From Leptonemataceae bacterium (GTDB taxonomy: Bacteria; Spirochaetota; Leptospiria; Leptospirales; Leptonemataceae): DNA of 64,000 bases. Numbering within the stretch: the first letter of the stretch is position 1; the number at the start of each line of letters is the position of its first letter. Under the pieces are notes generated by a model, which was not told the origin of the DNA, ran no database searches, and was given only the letters and a program-made list of their open reading frames with translations. Shown in pieces: positions 19,157 to 30,218 of the stretch. Location of the stretch: assembly GCA_965227295.1 (NCBI GenBank), contig OZ245742.1:5568001-5632000 (forward strand), in the 5' to 3' direction. Both the position numbers and the translations under genes were made by a program.

Positions 19157-20347
19157 TCAGCGCGGGCGCCCGTCCGAGGCATAGTACACGAAATCCACCC
19201 GGCCACCGTCGGCATCGCGGATTTCCAGTTGTTTCGGCCGCCCCATAAATGCCTGCGCTTCGAAAGCCCAGCGCGTACCGGCTGCATTCCAGCGCACGTC
19301 GCGGCCGCGCGCGGTCGTAAGCAGAGTTTCCGAAGTGAAACCGACCGGGAAGATATCAACGGGCGGAGTGGCCTCCCCGCTAAGAGCATAGAGTTTTATG
19401 TGATACGTGGTAGTACCCTCCGGCCACTGCCCGGTAACAAAACGCTCAGAAATCAAGAGACGATCGGAGTCACCACCCCACCGCAAGTCAGCTACCAGAT
19501 GCTCCCAGAGCGGCTGGCATCTGACTCCGCTGCGTACCGCCCGCGGATCACTGCCGTCTGCGGCGCGAGTCCAGACGTCGCAACGGCCGAAGCTGTACGC
19601 GATTCGACCGCCATCCGGCGAAACCCGCAGATGCGAGATGCCGTAGCGCCCGTACGGAGTAGCCGATGAAATATCACTGAACGTCAACAACTGTAGATCG
19701 CTGCCGTCGATATTCACCGCATACAGAAAATAACAGCCGCCATGATACACGGTAAATACGATCCGACTGCTGTCAGGAAACCAGTCGGCAGCATTCACGC
19801 GCGCAGGATAGACTGATGTTTCCGTACCGGATGTGAGATGGTGAACCCTGAGGCCCGTCGCATCCTGAAGGAGCATGTATTCCCCGTCCGGCGACGTAAG
19901 CACCGGCGCCTGGCCAGGTTGTTTCACGAACCTCCGCTCCACTGGATCGTAATCCATCCGGAAATAGTTGCCGCTCTCATGAAAGCGAAACTGCGGACCG
20001 GGTCCGGACCATTCCAGGCCTTCCATCGCATGTGCACCGCCCTCGTACAACAGCCAGACCGCATCGGAGCCGATCATCTTGCCGTAGATATTTTCCCGCC
20101 ACGTCGAAGTAGAAGGCGGCGCAACGAAAATCAGGTCCACCTCCGGTACGTTTTGCCTCAGCGCGTTTGGAAACAGCGGGCGGCTGACCGGCGAGGTCGG
20201 TGCCGCGTCCACGGCGTCCTCGACATCCGACACCGGGGCCAGCGCCCCCAGCAACGCCAGGGCCTCACCGCCGTCGGAACCACCGGAGCCGCCGCAAAAC
20301 GTAAGCAGCACAAGGAATGTGGCCGGCAGGCTAATGTTTGCGCGCAT
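19157..20347 (-). CDS. TolB-like beta-propeller lipoprotein
   Basis: Lipobox LTFC; SPDG / WFPDSSRIVF / SPDGGRIAYS PD40-like blades. Confidence 0.7.
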   Translation of the reverse strand: MRANISLPATFLVLLTFCGGSGGSDGGEALALLGALAPVSDVEDAVDAAPTSPVSRPLFPNALRQNVPEVDLIFVAPPSTSTWRENIYGKMIGSDAVWLLYEGGAHAMEGLEWSGPGPQFRFHESGNYFRMDYDPVERRFVKQPGQAPVLTSPDGEYMLLQDATGLRVHHLTSGTETSVYPARVNAADWFPDSSRIVFTVYHGGCYFLYAVNIDGSDLQLLTFSDISSATPYGRYGISHLRVSPDGGRIAYSFGRCDVWTRAADGSDPRAVRSGVRCQPLWEHLVADLRWGGDSDRLLISERFVTGQWPEGTTTYHIKLYALSGEATPPVDIFPVGFTSETLLTTARGRDVRWNAAGTRWAFEAQAFMGRPKQLEIRDADGGRVDFVYYASDGRPR

Positions 20348-20447
20348 GACAATACATGTACCCGGTCGACCCGAAAGCGTCTCATTCCGGACTCATAACG
20401 GCAGATCCGCCAACATCCAGGCATTTACGCCTGCATTTTTCACTTTT

Positions 20448-20473
20448 CTAGCAGTCCCGCCTCCGAGTGCTAA
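20448..20473 (+). promoter_or_regulatory. CIRCE-like inverted repeat 1 (8-nt spacer)
   Basis: CTAGCAGTC-N8-GAGTGCTAA upstream of groES; consensus is TTAGCACTC-N9-GAGTGCTAA. Confidence 0.6.
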
Positions 20474-20518
20474 AAAATGCTCGACACCCGCTCCTCTATC
20501 ACTTATTTGGCGAAGAAA

Positions 20519-20545
20519 TTAGCAGTCTCGCAAGGCGACTGCCAA
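20519..20545 (+). promoter_or_regulatory. CIRCE element 2 (HrcA operator)
   Basis: TTAGCAGTC-N9-GACTGCCAA about 70 bp upstream of groES. Confidence 0.8.
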
Positions 20546-20614
20546 CGCGAGACACAGCGTCCCCCCGCCCGCAAAACGGACGGCCCGGGACAGCAAACAA
20601 GGGAGAACAAGACC

Positions 20615-22581
<1,967 letters not shown>

Positions 22582-22712
22582 TTCGTCGCAACGGTCGCCC
22601 ACTCCGGCCCGCGATAGAGCGGGCCTCCGGAGTGGGTCAGCGGCGGGTGGGGTTGGATGGTTCGAATCGGCCCTGTCTTACCGTTTGTGTTTTTCAGATT
22701 CGTTTCTTAAAC

Positions 22713-22751
22713 AAAAGGCGTGGTTCCGGTTTTCGGGGCCGCGCCTTTTTT
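22713..22751 (+). terminator. Rho-independent terminator downstream of groEL
   Basis: AAAAGGCGTGGTTCCG..CGGGGCCGCGCCTTTTTT GC-rich stem with U-tract. Confidence 0.7.
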
Positions 22752-22764
22752 GGTAGAGAACTGT

Positions 22765-23367
22765 ATGTCGGATATTCTAAAAGCGGCGGGGGAGTTGGAT
22801 ATCGGGAACGTCGCCTTGATCCTGCTGTTCTTGATTCCTGGCTTTCTTTCGCTGAAAGTTTATGACACACTGTTTCCGAGACAGCCGCGTGATCTTTCTA
22901 AATCGATTATCGAAGTGCTGATGTACAGTGCGCTGAATTACGGCGCGCTTTCTTGGCTCATTTACCTGAGTCTTTATATCCAGATCGCCTGGCTGAAAGC
23001 GCTTACATTGATTCTCAGCGTTCTGATCATGCCGATTGCGTGGCCGGTGGGCTACTACAATCTCCTCAAGATCAGTTGGTTTCGAACCCGCCTGGGAATT
23101 CATCCGATTCCGGTCCCCTGGGACTATGTTTTCGGTAAAGGGAAACCGTACTGGATTATCGTCCATCTGAAGGACGGCCGAAAAATTGGGGGTCGTTATC
23201 ATACCGACTCTTTTGCCTCTTCGTTTCCCGAATCTCCCCAGATCTATGTCGAGGAAGTCTGGAAACTCTCAAAGACCGGCAAATTCCTGAAACAAATCGA
23301 ACGCTCTCAGGGGATTATTCTTTTCTCTGAAAGCATTGACATGGTCGAATTCTTCGAATACGATTAA
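22765..23367 (+). CDS. DUF6338-like membrane protein
   Basis: Three N-terminal TM helices (LIPGFLSLKVYD..), then PWDYVF..YWIIVHLKDGRKIGG.Y...SFASSFP...QIYVEEVW; lower GC than the flanks. Confidence 0.8.
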   Translation: MSDILKAAGELDIGNVALILLFLIPGFLSLKVYDTLFPRQPRDLSKSIIEVLMYSALNYGALSWLIYLSLYIQIAWLKALTLILSVLIMPIAWPVGYYNLLKISWFRTRLGIHPIPVPWDYVFGKGKPYWIIVHLKDGRKIGGRYHTDSFASSFPESPQIYVEEVWKLSKTGKFLKQIERSQGIILFSESIDMVEFFEYD

Positions 23368-23373
23368 GACAGA

Positions 23374-23529
23374 ATGAGCGATAAAGAAAAAACCCAAAAA
23401 GTAAATAATGGCTACCAACCTACGTCAGGTGTAAAGGGGGGATACCAACCCGTCTCACAGGGCGGCTCCCAATCCCCGCCCAATCCTCCGAAAGGTGGAT
23501 CCGGAGTCCCCGAGAAACCCAAATCGTAA
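23374..23529 (+). CDS. Small 51-aa GYQP-repeat, Pro/Gly-rich peptide (absent from the ORF track)
   Basis: ATG 6 bp after the DUF6338-like stop; MSDKEKTQKVNNGYQPTSGVKGGYQPVSQGGSQSPPNPPKGGSGVPEKPKS*. Confidence 0.7.
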   Translation: MSDKEKTQKVNNGYQPTSGVKGGYQPVSQGGSQSPPNPPKGGSGVPEKPKS

Positions 23530-23625
23530 CCCGGTTCGTCCCTCTTGCGTTAGCGATCCGCAGCGCGTAGCGCGGACGGGAACGCCTAAAAACTGTTTCA
23601 ATTTTTTTATGTTCCGGATGATCCT

Positions 23626-24093
23626 GTGATTATGATACGTCCTTGCCAGACTCTGTTTTTCTTGTTCCTCACGCTCCCCCTCCTCTCCTGCTCCGTCATG
23701 CTTAACGCCGACCTCTCCTACATCTACGCCGACGGCAGCGGGAACCGGTACATCCTGCGCCAGGCCGATGCTTCGCAACGAGATTCCATCGACGATGCGC
23801 GGCGCATTGAGCTCGCGTACGAACCCGTAACGCCCACGCAATCTTCCAGCGGCGTCTACAGCGGCGGCGAACCCTGGACCGTCGCCCTCTCAAACGAGGA
23901 CGCGGCCGCGCTCGCCCGCCTGTTCGAAGATGCATTGCACGAAGTAAACGCCCACCAGGAGAATCGTGCCATGGGTACCGGTGAAGTCAGCCGCAAGACG
24001 TCGACGAACAGTACCCGCCGCGTTTTGCAAAGCGGCGCCCCGATCAAAGCGAAGCTCGAAGCGGCACTCTCGAAGTTCGCGCCGACGCCGTAA
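23626..24093 (+). CDS. Hypothetical lipoprotein
   Basis: Lipobox LLSC; Y.YADGSGNRY and Y.PVTP..SSSG.YSGG motifs. Confidence 0.7.
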   Translation: MIMIRPCQTLFFLFLTLPLLSCSVMLNADLSYIYADGSGNRYILRQADASQRDSIDDARRIELAYEPVTPTQSSSGVYSGGEPWTVALSNEDAAALARLFEDALHEVNAHQENRAMGTGEVSRKTSTNSTRRVLQSGAPIKAKLEAALSKFAPTP

Positions 24094-24105
24094 CTTCCCG
24101 CGATC

Positions 24106-25866
24106 TTATCTTACGGTGAATGCGAATTGCGTGGTGTTTTCCCCGGTGATGATGAAGTCCGCGCTCGTCACGCTTCCCGACGTCGGTAGACTGCCGGAGA
24201 TGCCGGTGAAAATGTAGAGTTTGCCGGGAGTTCCGCCCGAGTCTCCGATCATCAATTCACGAATACCGTCGCCGTTGACGTCCGCCGCACCGAGTTCGTC
24301 CTGGCCGGTTCCGGCCGTTACGCTGGTATAGATGCCATCGGCGCCGGACAGGGTCGGCGCGACCGTCGGAATGCTGCCGCTTCCACGAAAGACATAGACC
24401 GTGCCGAGGTTCGAAGACGCGTCGAAGTTGTAATTCGGGGCCGATGCAATAATGTCATCGAAGCCGTCACCGTCCAGATCCTTTAACAATATATCATCGT
24501 CACCTAAGCGCGCGCCAGCCTGATCGCCGGTGATCATGAGCGACGCCGTTCCGTCGGCCGTGCCCGTGCTCAAGCGCGTCGTCCCCCCCGGGAAGAGATA
24601 GACCGCCCCCCGGGTCGAGTTAAACGTCGGCCCGGATGCCACAAGGTCCGCAAAGCCGTCGTTGTTGTAGTCCCCCGTTTCGACGTACGCGAAGTTGCTG
24701 TTCGCACTACCGGTGATGGTAGCAGTGGCGACGGCGCCGATGTTCCCGCCGGATATGCGCTCCGCGTTACCGTAGAGAATGTACACCCGCCCGGTCTCGG
24801 CGGTGGCCGGATACAGATTCGAGCCGACGATGACGTCCATGTATCCGTCCGCGTCGAGATCGCCGCTGGCTAATGTTCCCCGGCCGCTACCTAACTCATC
24901 ACCCACATTTTCTCCAACGAGCAACGTATTCACGGATGCGTCCACCGTGGTCACCCCGACGGACTCCGCCCGGCCATGTAAAATGTACAGCTCACCCCGC
25001 GTGCCCGAGGAGTTATTCGAAATGCCGATGAGATCGTCGAAGCCGTCACCGTTGACGTCTGCCAGCTCCAGCCCCCGGCCGGAACTGAGCTCGGCATACA
25101 GCTGCACTTCAGCATCCGCATACGCCGTACTGTTGAGTCCGGTACTGCTTCCAAAGAAAACCGCGTGGACCCCCTGACCGCTGCCCGGCGCTAAGTCCGC
25201 ACCGGGAACAGTTATCCCGAGATCGCCGTAGCCGTCGCCGTTGAAGTCGCCGAACGCCAATCGTTCGCCGGCCCGATCCGCGACCGCGCTCCCCGGGAGC
25301 TTTAAGTTCGCCGCCGACGCGTTCCGGGATACCAGCGCGTCGGGGCCGCCGTAAAACAGATAGGCCGCACCGGAGTTAGCTCCCGCCGACGCATCGGTGT
25401 TGTCGTGAGCAGCGTAGTCTGCATAGCCGTCGCCGTTGACGTCCCGATTGAAATCCTTCTTGATCGTAAAGGTTTGTGCGACCGAGGGCGAGTAATAGAT
25501 GGACCGCGAACGTACCTGAACGCTGTGGCTCGTGCCGTGCCGCCAGGTATCGGCTCCGGTTGGCAGAGCGTAACTCCAACTGTTGCCCGAAACCGTCCCT
25601 GGAAAAAAGGCGCCGCCGTCGATCGACACCTCTACGGACAGGCCCGGCTCCGCAATTACGCTACCGACCAGAAAACCGGACTCGATCGCGCCCCCGTCTC
25701 GAACGTTCAAAGCGACGGGCTGCACGGGAAGATTGACCGCGAAAAAGACGAGCGGATTGCAGAAAACATCCGTGAAGGTGCAGTCCGTGGATGAGGTGCA
25801 ACCCGAAGCGAAGACCGCGGGGAATGCAATCGCCGCGAAGCCCACAGATCCGAGAAAACGAAGCAT
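24106..25866 (-). CDS. FG-GAP (integrin-alpha-like) repeat lipoprotein
   Basis: Lipobox ASGC; Ig-like segment; repeated DxNGDGxxD..GAxYxFxG blades. Confidence 0.85.
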   Translation of the reverse strand: MLRFLGSVGFAAIAFPAVFASGCTSSTDCTFTDVFCNPLVFFAVNLPVQPVALNVRDGGAIESGFLVGSVIAEPGLSVEVSIDGGAFFPGTVSGNSWSYALPTGADTWRHGTSHSVQVRSRSIYYSPSVAQTFTIKKDFNRDVNGDGYADYAAHDNTDASAGANSGAAYLFYGGPDALVSRNASAANLKLPGSAVADRAGERLAFGDFNGDGYGDLGITVPGADLAPGSGQGVHAVFFGSSTGLNSTAYADAEVQLYAELSSGRGLELADVNGDGFDDLIGISNNSSGTRGELYILHGRAESVGVTTVDASVNTLLVGENVGDELGSGRGTLASGDLDADGYMDVIVGSNLYPATAETGRVYILYGNAERISGGNIGAVATATITGSANSNFAYVETGDYNNDGFADLVASGPTFNSTRGAVYLFPGGTTRLSTGTADGTASLMITGDQAGARLGDDDILLKDLDGDGFDDIIASAPNYNFDASSNLGTVYVFRGSGSIPTVAPTLSGADGIYTSVTAGTGQDELGAADVNGDGIRELMIGDSGGTPGKLYIFTGISGSLPTSGSVTSADFIITGENTTQFAFTVR

Positions 25867-25940
25867 GACCGATCAATAGATACGAATTGCGAAATACCGC
25901 GCAACCACAAAATTTCGCGAGCCAGGTTCCGCGGCGATTC

Positions 25941-26278
25941 TTAACTTTCTTCGCGCGTATGTTTATGCAATAACGCACTCACGTATCGCGGCAGCACGCG
26001 CTCGTAATTCGTGAAAAAAGACCGCGGCTGACGATGATGCATGCGGCCTCCAGATAATCCAGATGGGCATGCCAGCCGGCACCGGCCTGGGGTATATGAT
26101 TCGCGGGCAGACGCCATATCTTTCGCGCTCATCGATCCTTCTTGCGCTTGCGCACCGCACGCAGCAGTTCTTCCAGCCGGTCCAGCCGCGGATTCCAGAA
26201 CGATCGCACGCGAACAAACCAGTTCTCCAGGTCTTCAAAGCCGGCAGGCTCCACGGAGTACCAGCGCGATTGCGCATC
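25941..26278 (-). pseudogene. Remnant of an ArsR-family regulator / SRPBCC-domain gene pair
   Basis: 26278-26129 encodes DAQSRWYSVEPAGFEDLENWFVRVRSFWNPRLDRLEELL (ArsR C-terminal half, HTH missing). It has an ATGA overlap with a second ORF that, in a shifted frame, carries GAGWHAHLDYLEAA (SRPBCC C-terminal helix). Confidence 0.65.
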
Positions 26279-26335
26279 TTACCGGCCGGGCTGAGAAAGG
26301 CTTGCCTTCGCCCGCGAACGAAGCAGAAACTTGCC

Positions 26336-27532
26336 ATGCAGCGTTTTCTCCTGCGAGCTTTGACCGGCCTTCTGATTCTCGCCGTCGCCGGCACCATCTA
26401 CAAGTGGCCGTCCATCCGCCGGCTGCACGCGGCCGTTACCCTCTTCGATAAAGAACACATCGTAGAAAACTTCCGGAGCATGGATCGCCTCTTCCATTCG
26501 CGGAAGATCGAACCCGCGCAAACGCCCTTCGAATTCCGGCGTCGTTCGGTGACGTTACCGGAGTCTTACGCTTATAACGGCGAACGTCGCAATCTCGAAG
26601 ACTTCCTCGAAAAGACGGCCACCGTCGGCCTGCTCGTCCTGCGTGATGATACGATCCTGCACGAAGACTACCGCCGCGGCTATGACGCCACGACCCGGCA
26701 CATCTCCTGGTCCATGGGCAAGTCCGTGGTCTCGGCGCTCGTGGGCATCGCCGTAGCCGAGGGCCGCATCGATTCCATCGAGGATCCGATCACGAAGTAT
26801 GTACCGGAGCTGAAGGGCAGCGGCCTCGACGGTGTATCCATTAAGAACGTCTTACAAATGTCTACTGGTTTGCAGTTTAACGAGGATTACGGCGATTTCT
26901 ATTCGGACATCAATCGTCTGGGAAGGGTGATCGCCTTCGGCAGTTCCCTCGACGAATTCACCCCCACGTTCCAGCGCAACCGGGAGCCCGGCACGTATCA
27001 CCATTACGTCAGCGTGAATACCCAGGCCCTGGGCATGCTGCTGGTTCGGGTTACGAACAAGAACCTGTCCGAGTATCTCGGTGAAAAGATCTGGCAGCGC
27101 ATGGGTACCGAGGCCGCGTGCTACTGGCTCACCGACGATTACGGCATGGAGTTCGCCATCGGCGGATTGAACGCGGTGCTCCGCGATTACGGCCGCTTCG
27201 GCCGGTTGTATCTGAACGGCGGTTCGTGGGAGGGCGAGCAGCTCGTCCCGAAAGATTGGGTGCGCGCTTCGATTACCCCGGACGCCCCGCACTTGATGCC
27301 GGGCGAGAATCCCGCCTCGGCCCACACGGCCGGCTACGGCTATCACTGGTGGATTCCGCCGGAACCGGACGGAGAGTTCCTGGCCATCGGCATATACAAC
27401 CAGTACATCTACGTCTATCCGAAGAAGGACCTGGTGATCGTCAAACTTTCAGCGAACGCAAGTTACACGAAAAACTCGCGAACCCTGGAAAGCGTCGCCG
27501 TCTTTCGGGCGATCGCCGCCGCCATGAACTGA
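26336..27532 (+). CDS. Serine hydrolase, beta-lactamase class C / NylB-like family
   Basis: SWSMGKS (SxxK), HYVSVNT, LRDYGRFGRLYL, YGYHWW; N-terminal membrane anchor. Confidence 0.9.
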   Translation: MQRFLLRALTGLLILAVAGTIYKWPSIRRLHAAVTLFDKEHIVENFRSMDRLFHSRKIEPAQTPFEFRRRSVTLPESYAYNGERRNLEDFLEKTATVGLLVLRDDTILHEDYRRGYDATTRHISWSMGKSVVSALVGIAVAEGRIDSIEDPITKYVPELKGSGLDGVSIKNVLQMSTGLQFNEDYGDFYSDINRLGRVIAFGSSLDEFTPTFQRNREPGTYHHYVSVNTQALGMLLVRVTNKNLSEYLGEKIWQRMGTEAACYWLTDDYGMEFAIGGLNAVLRDYGRFGRLYLNGGSWEGEQLVPKDWVRASITPDAPHLMPGENPASAHTAGYGYHWWIPPEPDGEFLAIGIYNQYIYVYPKKDLVIVKLSANASYTKNSRTLESVAVFRAIAAAMN

Positions 27533-27539
27533 ACCGCGC

Positions 27540-27845
27540 TCAGCGATCGCTCACCGGGTGGCGTGCATCGCATTCCGAGGCGCAGGCGTCGTTGCAGTAC
27601 TGGAACTTGATGTCGCACTGATTACGGCAGGCATTGATGGCCGGGGACATGCCCTTGCCTTCGCAGTCTTCGTAACACGCGGAATACGCGGCGCATTTCT
27701 TTTCTTTGCACGCGCTCATGCACGCCTCGTTGCGCACGATCTCCTGCGTGGGCTCGTCTTTCTCCGGCTGGCTCTTGCACGCGGCGAACAACAGCATCAC
27801 GGCGGTAACCATCACGAATGTGTTTCGAAAACGGGAAAGGATCAT
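27540..27845 (-). CDS. Small cysteine-rich lipoprotein
   Basis: Lipobox FAAC, then 10 Cys mostly in CX3C spacing. Confidence 0.75.
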   Translation of the reverse strand: MILSRFRNTFVMVTAVMLLFAACKSQPEKDEPTQEIVRNEACMSACKEKKCAAYSACYEDCEGKGMSPAINACRNQCDIKFQYCNDACASECDARHPVSDR

Positions 27846-27893
27846 GCATGCAATCTCCGTCGTCGCGAGATTTCCGCAACCAGAAATCCAGGC

Positions 27894-28667
27894 TCACCGC
27901 GCCGTCGGCGTGCCGATCAAGTACGTCACCACCGTACCACCATCGCGCAGCTCACCACTCTCCCAGTCGAAGGTTCGATCCTCCGGTTCCGCCAGTTCGA
28001 GCAACTCCCCGGCACGATAGGCGCGCAGCACGGAAACCGCGCCGTCCCAGGCGATGCTCAGCGGGATTAACGGCAGCACATAGGTAAAGAGCAGGCGCAG
28101 GCCGGGCCGCTCCGGGTTCCGGGCCAGGATTGCCGGTGTCAGGATCCACACAATCCAGGGCACGAGCAGGACCATCGCAAAGAACTGCAAGGCGCTCCGT
28201 TGCACCGGTTCGAAGACGGCGATCCCCCGACGCTTGCGTCGTGCGTCGGCGAAGATCGCACGCAGGGTATCCGGACGAAAGTGATGGGCCACTGTAAACA
28301 TCGTACGAAAACCGGTTAGTTCCTCGGGCACGTTCGTTGCGTCGACGCTCGTCGGATGCGCCGTGATGCCCGCGTCCGCATACTCGCGGCGCAGCGGGCA
28401 CGGAAACTTATCGCTCATCGTCACATTCAGGTTCGGAAACTCTTCGCGCAGATTCTCCCAGACGTGCAACGTGCCCCCGCCGGCCCCGGAACCGAGGTCC
28501 ATGACGCGGTGCTCGCCGCTTTTGCGCAGGGCCCGGGCCAACAGCGGCACCACGCCGGCAAACACCCGCATCTTAGAAGAAACGTAGTCGAGGTAATCCT
28601 GAATCGGCTGCTTCAGGAAGCCCGGGTACCAGGCCAGATCGGTAAACTCGAACAACTGCAATCGCAT
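27894..28667 (-). CDS. Class I SAM-dependent methyltransferase-like protein
   Basis: VMDLGSGAGG motif I, VDATNVP, HHFRP, GIAVFE. Confidence 0.8.
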   Translation of the reverse strand: MRLQLFEFTDLAWYPGFLKQPIQDYLDYVSSKMRVFAGVVPLLARALRKSGEHRVMDLGSGAGGGTLHVWENLREEFPNLNVTMSDKFPCPLRREYADAGITAHPTSVDATNVPEELTGFRTMFTVAHHFRPDTLRAIFADARRKRRGIAVFEPVQRSALQFFAMVLLVPWIVWILTPAILARNPERPGLRLLFTYVLPLIPLSIAWDGAVSVLRAYRAGELLELAEPEDRTFDWESGELRDGGTVVTYLIGTPTAR

Positions 28668-28746
28668 CACAAGCCTCCGTGCGGGAAGATGCCGTGATGA
28701 TACACCGCGAGCGGGCGAGTGTCGTCCGGATACCGGTTTTCGGACA

Positions 28747-29751
28747 TCAGCCCCCGCGACGCCAGTCGGACGGGCTCCGGCCGAGCTCACGCTGGAAAGC
28801 CTCGTAGAAACTGGAACGAGAATTGAAACCCACGGCATACGTGATGCTCAGGATCGATCGCTCCGGCTCCTCGATCAACAGGCGCTGCGCCTCTTCCACG
28901 CGATAGCGATTCACGAACGTCGCGAAATTCAAGCCCAGGCGATCGTTGAGGTAAGCCGAGAGTTCACGCTCGTTGACGTTCAACAGATCGGCCAGACGAC
29001 GGCGGCTCAGGTCTTCGTCGAGATACGGCCGCTCCGTACGCATGCAGGCTTCCAGGCGTTCGCCGAAATCCTGGGCGTGCTCCGTCCCGGACCGCCGCAC
29101 ATGCAAACGCAGGCCGAGCAGCGCCGGATAACGTCGCACCAATATCGAATAAACGAAGAGTAAGATCACCACGCTGACGTTGCCGGCGAGGGCCGGCAAC
29201 GGCCAATCCAGGAACATGCCGACGGCAACGCTTATGAAGGCCAGGCCGAGAAGCATCAAAAACCCCGTCGCCGGCCGAACGAGTTCCTGCGCGTCGCTCC
29301 GGCGATCCACGGCCCGCAATCGCAGGAGCGCCGCGGCGATGCAGAACAACATCTGCACGGGTATGCCGCCGGCCGCAAGGCGCAGAACTTCCAGGAAAGC
29401 ATCGGCACGAACGGCCAGGCTACAGGCAACGAGCGGAGCGATGAGACTTGCCAGGATGATCGGATCGCGCCGCCGGGACTGCGGCGAGATCAGTTTCGTG
29501 AAGTAGGTCAGCAGCAGCGGCCCCGCCGCGTACTGGCTGAGCACAAGCAGGACCAACACCGACCGGTAAACCTCCGGCCCGGCACTCATGAGCATGATCG
29601 GCGGCACGAGGCCGAGGGCGGCCGTGAACAACAACGCCGCAAGAAAACGATGCGCGTTATGACGAACCGGTTGCACCAGGACGCCGAAGCCTCCATACAC
29701 AGCGAAGGCAATTCCCAGCAGGAAGACGTATATCAGCACCGCCGCGGCCAT
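28747..29751 (-). CDS. Membrane-anchored AraC-family regulator
   Basis: Multiple TM helices, then YLDEDLS..LA..L..NFATFVNRYRVEEA..SILSITYAVGFNSRSSFYEAF. Confidence 0.88.
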   Translation of the reverse strand: MAAAVLIYVFLLGIAFAVYGGFGVLVQPVRHNAHRFLAALLFTAALGLVPPIMLMSAGPEVYRSVLVLLVLSQYAAGPLLLTYFTKLISPQSRRRDPIILASLIAPLVACSLAVRADAFLEVLRLAAGGIPVQMLFCIAAALLRLRAVDRRSDAQELVRPATGFLMLLGLAFISVAVGMFLDWPLPALAGNVSVVILLFVYSILVRRYPALLGLRLHVRRSGTEHAQDFGERLEACMRTERPYLDEDLSRRRLADLLNVNERELSAYLNDRLGLNFATFVNRYRVEEAQRLLIEEPERSILSITYAVGFNSRSSFYEAFQRELGRSPSDWRRGG

Positions 29752-29837
29752 GCTGACAGATGCCGGACTCGCCGGTGCTTGCGAGCCTTTCTCCGGCACG
29801 CGTAACTTTTTTTGCCGACCGGCCGCGGAGCGCCAAA

Positions 29838-29873
29838 ATTTAAGTGGACGCTTATGTAAGTGTATGCTTAAAT
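29838..29873. promoter_or_regulatory. Tandem palindromic operator (candidate ArsR site)
   Basis: TAAG-N6-CTTA twice (29841-29854 and 29857-29870) within ATTTAAG...CTTAAAT, directly upstream of the arsR-like start. Confidence 0.6.
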
Positions 29874-29881
29874 ATATTTTG

Positions 29882-30217
29882 ATGGATGTCGCCCTGAAAG
29901 CCGTCGCTGAACCGAGGCGCCGGGAAATCTTACGCCTGGTCCAGGCCGAAGAACTGAGCGCCGGAGAGATCTGTGATTTCTTCGACGTCAGCGGCCCGGC
30001 CATCTCCCAGCATCTCGCCGTCCTGCTGGACGCGGAGTTGGTGGAGGTCCGACGGGAGGGTACGCGACGTCTGTATCGTGCCAATATGACCCGCATCCGA
30101 CAATTACGTGCCTTCTGGGAAGAGTTCTGGGACGTCAGCCTGCTACGACTGAAGCTCGAAGCGGAAAAGAAGCACAGGGCGGATCAAAACAAGAAGAAGA
30201 AAAAGAGGAAACGCTGA
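29882..30217 (+). CDS. ArsR/SmtB-family transcriptional regulator
   Basis: LKAVAEPRRREIL..SAGEI..PAISQHLAVL.DAELV.VRREG.RRLY. Confidence 0.9.
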   Translation: MDVALKAVAEPRRREILRLVQAEELSAGEICDFFDVSGPAISQHLAVLLDAELVEVRREGTRRLYRANMTRIRQLRAFWEEFWDVSLLRLKLEAEKKHRADQNKKKKKRKR

Positions 30218-30218
30218 T

